DNA from: Amphiscolops sp. MND2022
Taxonomy: Eukaryota
Assembly (NCBI GenBank): GCA_964187785.1
Contig: OZ076409.1
Span: 46,564,001-46,628,000, forward strand
Length of the DNA: 64,000 bases
Direction of reading: 5' to 3'
Of this stretch, positions 1 through 64,000 are shown piece by piece. A program made the translations under genes and the position numbers. Within the stretch, counting starts at the first letter, position 1. Every line of letters starts with the position of its first letter. Under the pieces are notes generated by a model that was not told the origin of the DNA, searched no databases, and saw nothing but the letters and a program-made list of their open reading frames with translations.

Positions 1-484
1 AAAAAAACCATGCACTGTGACGAATCGGACTCCTGCCTGATAAAAACTGTTATATTCAGTTCGCTTTATTTACTTTTGTTTTATTTGTTTGTTTATATTT
101 CTGGAATATGTGATGAAACATTTGTGATCACTATTAATACCATTTCTCGTTTTTCCATTGGAATCAATGATAGAAAGTCATTTGCACTGCCACATCCTGA
201 AGGTTAATTGATCTCTTCTTCTTCCATTTGTCAAAGATTGACGTTGAATTCAATTTTTCAGCTTCAGTAATGGTTCTTCGGCGTTCATCGTCCCTGGGTT
301 CAACTGTCCGCTGGGTAGTTCACTTTCAGTGCATGTGAAGAACTCTATGCACCTGTGGATTTTGAGCAGAATAAATTCAATTTTACCTGTATGTTTTTCG
401 CATTAGCAGAACGACTGATTCCTCTTTTTAAGATTGCCATGAACTGCTTCTTGCGCAGCGATGATTTCTTAGTTTAAACCAACA

Positions 485-57830
<57,346 letters not shown>

Positions 57831-57983
57831 ACATAGGATCTCTGCTGATGTCACTCTATCCAAACCAGTGTGATCTCCTAATTTGGAATCCTATCGGTCA
57901 TTTCTTCGAACCACCCACTTGGGTGGATCTAATCTTGCTGGATTTGTTGACCACGTGCAAGTGATCGATCAGTAGAATCGGTT

Positions 57984-57989
57984 AATAAA
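57984..57989 (+). terminator. Candidate polyadenylation signal of ARHGAP39
   Basis: AATAAA about 150 nt after the stop codon, followed by T/GT-rich sequence. Confidence 0.45.
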
Positions 57990-59535
57990 TCGACAATGTT
58001 ACAAACATGGGAAACGTTTCATTTGGTACTAACTTTTTTGTAATTTGATGTGAAATCAGGGATTTATTCAAAGAATTTTAAATTAGCTTTAATATTCTAT
58101 TGAATTGTTATTAACATTTCAATTTTAATAATTTTTGATAAATTTTGAAATTTTGTAAATTAACAAATTAATAATTTCGCTATTTTTCAACGTGAATTTT
58201 CTAGCTGAATTTTGTTCAAAGATTACTTCAGGGTTGTTGCGTTTTTGAATCATTTTGAAAAAAAGTCGTATTATTCGAATTAATGAATTGATCGAAATCA
58301 AACCGGAATGTATGAATTTCTTGTCGACGTCCCACTTGAGGCTCAAAAAGCGCAAAGATTTTAAACTATGCTCGGGACTTAATTGAAAAACTCACATGAA
58401 AGTGTCGGAAAACGCTTCTAAAATTCGGATACAGCGTGCTGGGCCACATGAGAGCGCTTTTTTCGAACCTCGGCCTCCTCCTCAGTAAAGGGCAATTCAC
58501 TTCGGATATAACAACAAAAATTCGGATATAGCGCAACATTTTCGGGGCACCCTTTGGAGACATTAAATTTTTGGAAAAAAGTCTGACCGTGCCGAAAAAA
58601 TTGACAGAGGGAATCTTTAGTCTCGTCCGGTTTTGTACGGAGAATTACGTATTACGTTAAAGAAGAACAAATGAAAGGGCCCTTTGCACCAACTTAGATG
58701 CGTTTCAGTGGTATTCGTCTTTCGTTTAGTTGAACAAACTGAAAAATTTCGTCGCATTGCAGTCCAAGAACGGCCCAAGTCGGCGCTCTACTGACGTTCA
58801 ACAAGACGGGAGCGTCTAAAGTTGGCTCTGTATCTAAGGCTCAAAAATCGCAGTTTTTAAAATCTGCATAGGAAGTTTTCCTTAAACTCCCGTTTTCGAA
58901 CCTCCGCCTCGTTATTGAAACGCAATATAAATCGGATATAACGTTAAAAGTTCGGATATAGCGCTTTACTCCGAATATTACGAGGGGGGACTTTAATAGA
59001 ATCGAAGGGTGACCCTTCCGAGACAAAAAATTTGAAAAGTCGCAAAGCGCCCAAAAAAATCGAAGCGGGGACTCATACTTTAGTCTCATACGGTTTCGTA
59101 TGCTACGTTTAAAAAGTAAAAAAGTGAAAAGGGGTCCCTTTGCAATAACTTGGATGCGTTTCCCAGGTATTCGTTTAGTTGAACAAACTGATCAAAAATT
59201 TCTTCGCATTCGAGACTGTCCTAAATAAAAAATAACGAGTGACTGTAATAGTCGGGCTCTTTTATTCTAAAAGCGCCGACTAAAAAAATAAATTTTTAAA
59301 TATGGAAAAGGACACTATTGTTGAAATTTTGTCAATTTTACAGTGCCAAAACACCCGAAGGGATACGCATAAGACTCGAAAATCACCGTTTCCCCAACTG
59401 AAAACAGCAAAAACCATCTTGCTCAACCGAAAAACTCAAAATACGAAAAATTGAGAGAAAAATTCGATGTTTCCAGAAATGTCTCCGGTAAGTCGCATAG
59501 TGCCGAAAACTCTAAGGAGGGGATCCTTTGGGGTT

Positions 59536-59934
59536 TTTAGGAATCGGAAAAAATTTTCGACTACCTATGCAATCGTGACGTTTTCTTCCAACGACATTTC
59601 AAAGAAAATTTCTCAAAAACTGTCCATACAATTTCCATAATGTTTTGCAGTCATTCTACAGCCAAAGGTGCTCCTGCGTGTGCAATGGCAAATCGTATGA
59701 CTGGGATGTGAGAAACAGCCAAAATAAACCCAAAAAAGACGAAAAACGCCTTTTTTGGACTTTTTTCAATTTTCCCAAAAACTCCATACGATTCGAACGA
59801 AATTTCAACAGTCATTTTACACCATATTAGGGTCCTATGTGTGCAATTTCATCAAAATCGTCTGACTGGGATTCGAGCGAGTCAGAAGGAAAAAATCTTC
59901 AGCCGACTCCTTTACCGCTCATGCGGCTCTGGTT
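59536..59934 (+). mobile_element. HINE family B nested inside family A-type sequence
   Basis: Family B termini; the flanks rejoin as CCTTTGGGGTTTT|TAACATCCATTCTG, a motif seen uninterrupted in family A copies (for example near 20300). Confidence 0.75.
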
Positions 59935-60912
59935 TAACATCCATTCTGATGCAAAATTTCAAAACAAATGAAGGGGACCCTTTGGAGACATCATTTTTTT
60001 CGAAAAGTCTCTCAAAGCCTAAAAAAAGGAAGTCTCATAGTGTCAAAAAAGTGGAAAGGGGGACCCTTCTGGTTTGGACTGATTTTCTAATTCATGTTAG
60101 AGGCCTTGGAAGAGTTCAATATGTAGTATTAAGTACTTATGGTAAAAGTGCATAATGCTCAAAAAGTGGACCAATCGCGTTGAACTGACAAAAAAACTAG
60201 CCACTATAAGAGTCGTGCTTTTTCTTCGAAAACGCCGACTAAAAACAGTGACTGTAATGGGCTCTTTTATTCTAATAGCGCCGACTAAAAACACACGAAG
60301 GGGATATTCCCACAGAAAAAACCGCCCAAAAAGCCGATAGTTTATTTTCAAGAGTCCTAATTTTCATATTGGCAATACATGACCGAAAGTTTTATTCTGA
60401 CGAATATAATTACTCAACCCCTTCCGACTAGAAATAACCTGAAGGTGTTGATATATTGATTTTTTTCAAGAGGCCTAGTTTTTAGACCATTTGGCTTAAT
60501 TTTCAAACCATCCTGGCCGGAAAATTCAGAATAACATATAACCTATATTTGATGCTTGTCACAAAACTTTCGCTTTTCTCACTCTTTTTCTTCAAAATTG
60601 ATTTCATTTAGAAGCCGAGAAACTAATAATTTGAGTGGATCAGATTTTGGACAATCTTTTTTCCTGAGAAATACTTTGTCCTATTCAATTCCTTACGACG
60701 AAGCTCAATCAAAAACCTATGATATAAACCATTAGTCATTTGGGTTAGCTTTTCTCATTGTTGCTTTTATTTGTTTTTCTTACCTGAAAACTGCAGAAAT
60801 AGGCTCCAATCTTGACTCGCTCCACAAAGTTAGTCACTTCTGATTTCTCACTTGAAATTTTCTGAATTGGCCACTTTCGAAAAACATTTTCAGACCAATT
60901 CAATTGGAGCCA

Positions 60913-61502
60913 TTTTTAGTCGGCGCTTTTCCATTAAGGGAAAAATGCCCGACTATAGCAGTGACTTTTTTTCAGACTACAATCCTCCCACTGATCGGTC
61001 TACTTTTCTTACACATCTTACAATCTTAAAATCTTACAATTCTTACTTAGCAAATTTAAAATACTGGCGCAAAAGCTTGCGAAGTAGTATTTTTACATCA
61101 TCTAAGAAACTCAAAGGGACCAAAGGGTACTCCCTTAGAGTATTTTTGGCTGTGAGACTTTTTTTCGAAAAAAATTCCCCAAAGGGTCCCCCTTCAATTT
61201 TTTTGGAGTTTTCCGACAGAACAGATGTTGAAAAATCCCAAAGGGCCCCCTTTCAGTTTTTTCGGCATTGTGAGACTTTTTTTCAAAAAAAAACTTTTTC
61301 ACCAAAAGTGCCCCGCCAATTTGTTTTGATGATTTGCCACAGAATGGATGAAAAATCTCAAAGTGTCCCCTCTGGTACGCCAATTCGGTTCAACTTTTGG
61401 GTTTTTCCGGTACCGTAGAAGAGAATACTTTGACACTTTGAAGTCGTTTTGCTGATTTTGAGCCTTAGATATGGCGCCGACTTGGGCTGTTCCCGGCTTG
61501 TT
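60913..61502 (+). mobile_element. HINE family A copy
   Basis: TTTTTAGTCGGCGC head and GGCGCCGACTTGGGCTGTTCCCGGCTTGTT tail. Confidence 0.68.
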
Positions 61503-62745
61503 TCTTGAAAACACGTTATTGGAGGAGCGACAAATGTCACCGACGTATTTAAAGATCAGTTTCCGCCGGATTTCTCCACGATTTCTTTCAAATATTTTTT
61601 TACTGGAATTCTATGATGTTTAAATTGAGTCTTTGAATTCTCTGCTTTTTGCTACAAAGAGCTCGCCGTGGGCAAAAGATCTTTGCTTCTAGTTTTTAAA
61701 ACCTATTTTGCTGGAATTTTAATAAAATACTGAATTTGTACTTTTCCAGACATGGATTTTTTTGCAATCGTTAGGACGATTTCAACTTTCAATTAGTTTG
61801 TTTACGTTTCTTAGCAACTAGGTGAGCTGAATTTCATTGGAAAGGTTTCGCACGTGCAGACCACCATAATGGAGTCCGGAAAGGGGCCGATTTTGATTGG
61901 AACGTAAACTTCGTCGAGACTCGTTTGTCACGAAATTTTTGGCTTTCGAACTTTCTCAGGCATGAACTCGAAAACCCTCGATAAGGAATAGATGCAGTTG
62001 GTATCAATCTCAAATTTACCTCCTGCAATGAAAATATCACTGAAGTGACTCATAACTTCACTAAACTGAAGTGACTCATAAACTCATAAATACTACTTTT
62101 TGACTTTCACATAATTGTGTTCTTACTGAGAATGGGAACCGTTGATAATGATAATATAAGGATGAAAGACTTTCTCATATGTTTGGCGCTCCTGGGTTAT
62201 TCATCCTTCTCAGCTGAAGTTATCCCGGGAATTCGGAACGAACGCCTTTTTATTTTTGTATCTTCAGCTTTGAACAACAGCCTTACGAGCCTGGTGGTAG
62301 CAGTTAAAAGCGCCCTTCTAGTGGGCTTTCGAGTGTATATTTGAGCTCTTCCTGGACGTTCTGGTGAGCTTCTTTTGGGCGTCCTGGGCTTTTTTGACGT
62401 TCTTCTAGGCTCCTTTTAGGGCGTACTTCTGGGGTCTTTTTGGGCGTCCTTCTGGGTTCTTTTTGGACATTGTTTTGGGCTCTTTTTGGGCGTTCTTCTG
62501 GATGTTGTTCCGAAACTGCTAATTCCACTTTACATTAGCTGCATTTAGGAACGTTAGGGGATGTTTGCCCGGTTTTTTGAGTTTTCTGAGCATCTTTGAT
62601 TCAAAAACGCGCCTGTCAAAAAATAGGTACGTTCGGTGAAAAAAAGATACGCTTGGTGTCTCTGATTAGAGACTTCTTCAAAAACTCACGACACTAAGCG
62701 TACGACGTTTACGCACTGTGCTCCTTAGCGCTTTGCGTCTTCCAT

Positions 62746-64000
62746 TGTAAACGTCCAGTCCCGCCCTAGCTTTTGCAGCTTCCTCCTGATTAGGTAAGTA
62801 CCAAAAGTAAATCTATTTCGGAATGGCCATCTAAAGATTCCGCATTTATCACCGCCATCGTCTTGCTTGTCGATCGTTCGGATTAGGTAAATAATACGCA
62901 CCGTTTCCTTTTCACTTCATTGATCACTGTGTTCTTCGCCGTTTCTAACGTATCCGTTCGATCTCTGAACGTTCCGTAGATTATTTATCAACAACTACAG
63001 CAACGATGGTCAACCCGAAGATTGCAACACTCACCAACCAGTTCAAACTACATGAATTCCAGAACGCATCCAAATACCTGGCGTCTAAAATGGACTGCGA
63101 CCAGAATCCTGCTCGTCTGCGTCAAAATCTTGCCATTTGCAATCTTTTGCATGCAGACTTGAAGAACTGGCTGAAAAGATGTCGGCACATCTGCCTCTTA
63201 CAGAATTGGAGCTATTTCTCCAGATTTCAGACGACATCTTGCTTCAAATTCTACAATTTACCGACCAAATTGAAGACCTAACAGTAACGGATCTCACACA
63301 TGCCTGTCACAGCCAATCTTCGCCAGCATTTTCCACAGTCCAACTTAGATGCGACGAAATCACAACATCACCAGGAGCCACAGCACCCGCAATTTTGACA
63401 CAAACGGACAGCAGCAGATCCAACAGTCAACAACCTGTTTACAGTTGCCACTCTTCGGGAAACCACTCACATTCTGGACATGACCGGAGACGAGCTCTTT
63501 CGTCATCTAGCCACCGTCGAAGACAACACTCCCAATGATACCCGACCGCCAGCAACACAACAAGGAGTTCACAACCAACAGAAAACTCAACTACCGTCAC
63601 CGACCATGACAACATACTTCAAGAACAAGCCTCAAGCATTGGAAACAGCCTTCAACAAGAACACTGCACCAGCACAACCGGAAGCAGCTTAATGCCACTT
63701 CAGCAGTAAGCGAATGTGCAAACCATACCTCCACAGTTACCACCTCTTCTACATCAACAAACTTTCAACAACCATTCGAAACAGCGTCAGATCTCCATCA
63801 GCAGCCAGCATCTACAGCCTACACTCTACAACATGCTTCCACAATTGGTCTATTTATCTAGCTACCATCAACCAACCTTTGACACCGTTGTTACCCCCAA
63901 TCCTGCATACCTGCAAACCGCATGTGAGATCTGGTCATGCGAACCTTACCACTCAACGCCTGCACAGCCACCTCCCAGCCACTTGCAAGAACAACTACCG
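62746..64000 (+). mobile_element. Possible 5' LTR and decayed gag N-terminus of an LTR retrotransposon running off the window
   Basis: TGT...TCAACA segment (62746-62993), then a frameshifted ORF from ATG 63006 with a helical N-terminus and a Q/T/S/P-rich tail. No catalytic motif inside the window. Confidence 0.35.

Overview
AT-rich, repeat-dense genomic DNA from an animal, probably an invertebrate; I cannot identify the species from sequence alone. One long spliced gene occupies almost the whole window on the + strand: an ARHGAP39/Vilse orthologue (WW-WW, long low-complexity linker, MyTH4, RhoGAP). I rebuilt it by hand as 17 phase-compatible GT-AG exons from 485 to 57830, about 1464 aa. Exon 1, carrying the first WW domain, is missing from the ORF track. 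The introns hold a decayed BEL/Pao LTR retrotransposon, two hAT transposase remnants with TIRs and 8-bp TSDs, hAT- and Mutator-type MITEs, CR1/L2-like LINE fragments, long fold-back palindromes, and four or five families of Helentron-associated (HINE/DINE-1-like) non-autonomous elements. Several of the latter carry tRNA-like Pol III boxes or an internal satellite. The most unusual feature is in intron 6 (about 38.7-42.1 kb, minus strand): a broken but collinear reading frame encoding SET methyltransferase, nine 18-aa repeats, C2H2-like zinc fingers, and tyrosine-recombinase core-binding and catalytic domains. It looks like a relic of a mobile element with a histone-methyltransferase/integrase fusion protein. 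All assignments come from manual translation and motif recognition; no searches were run.
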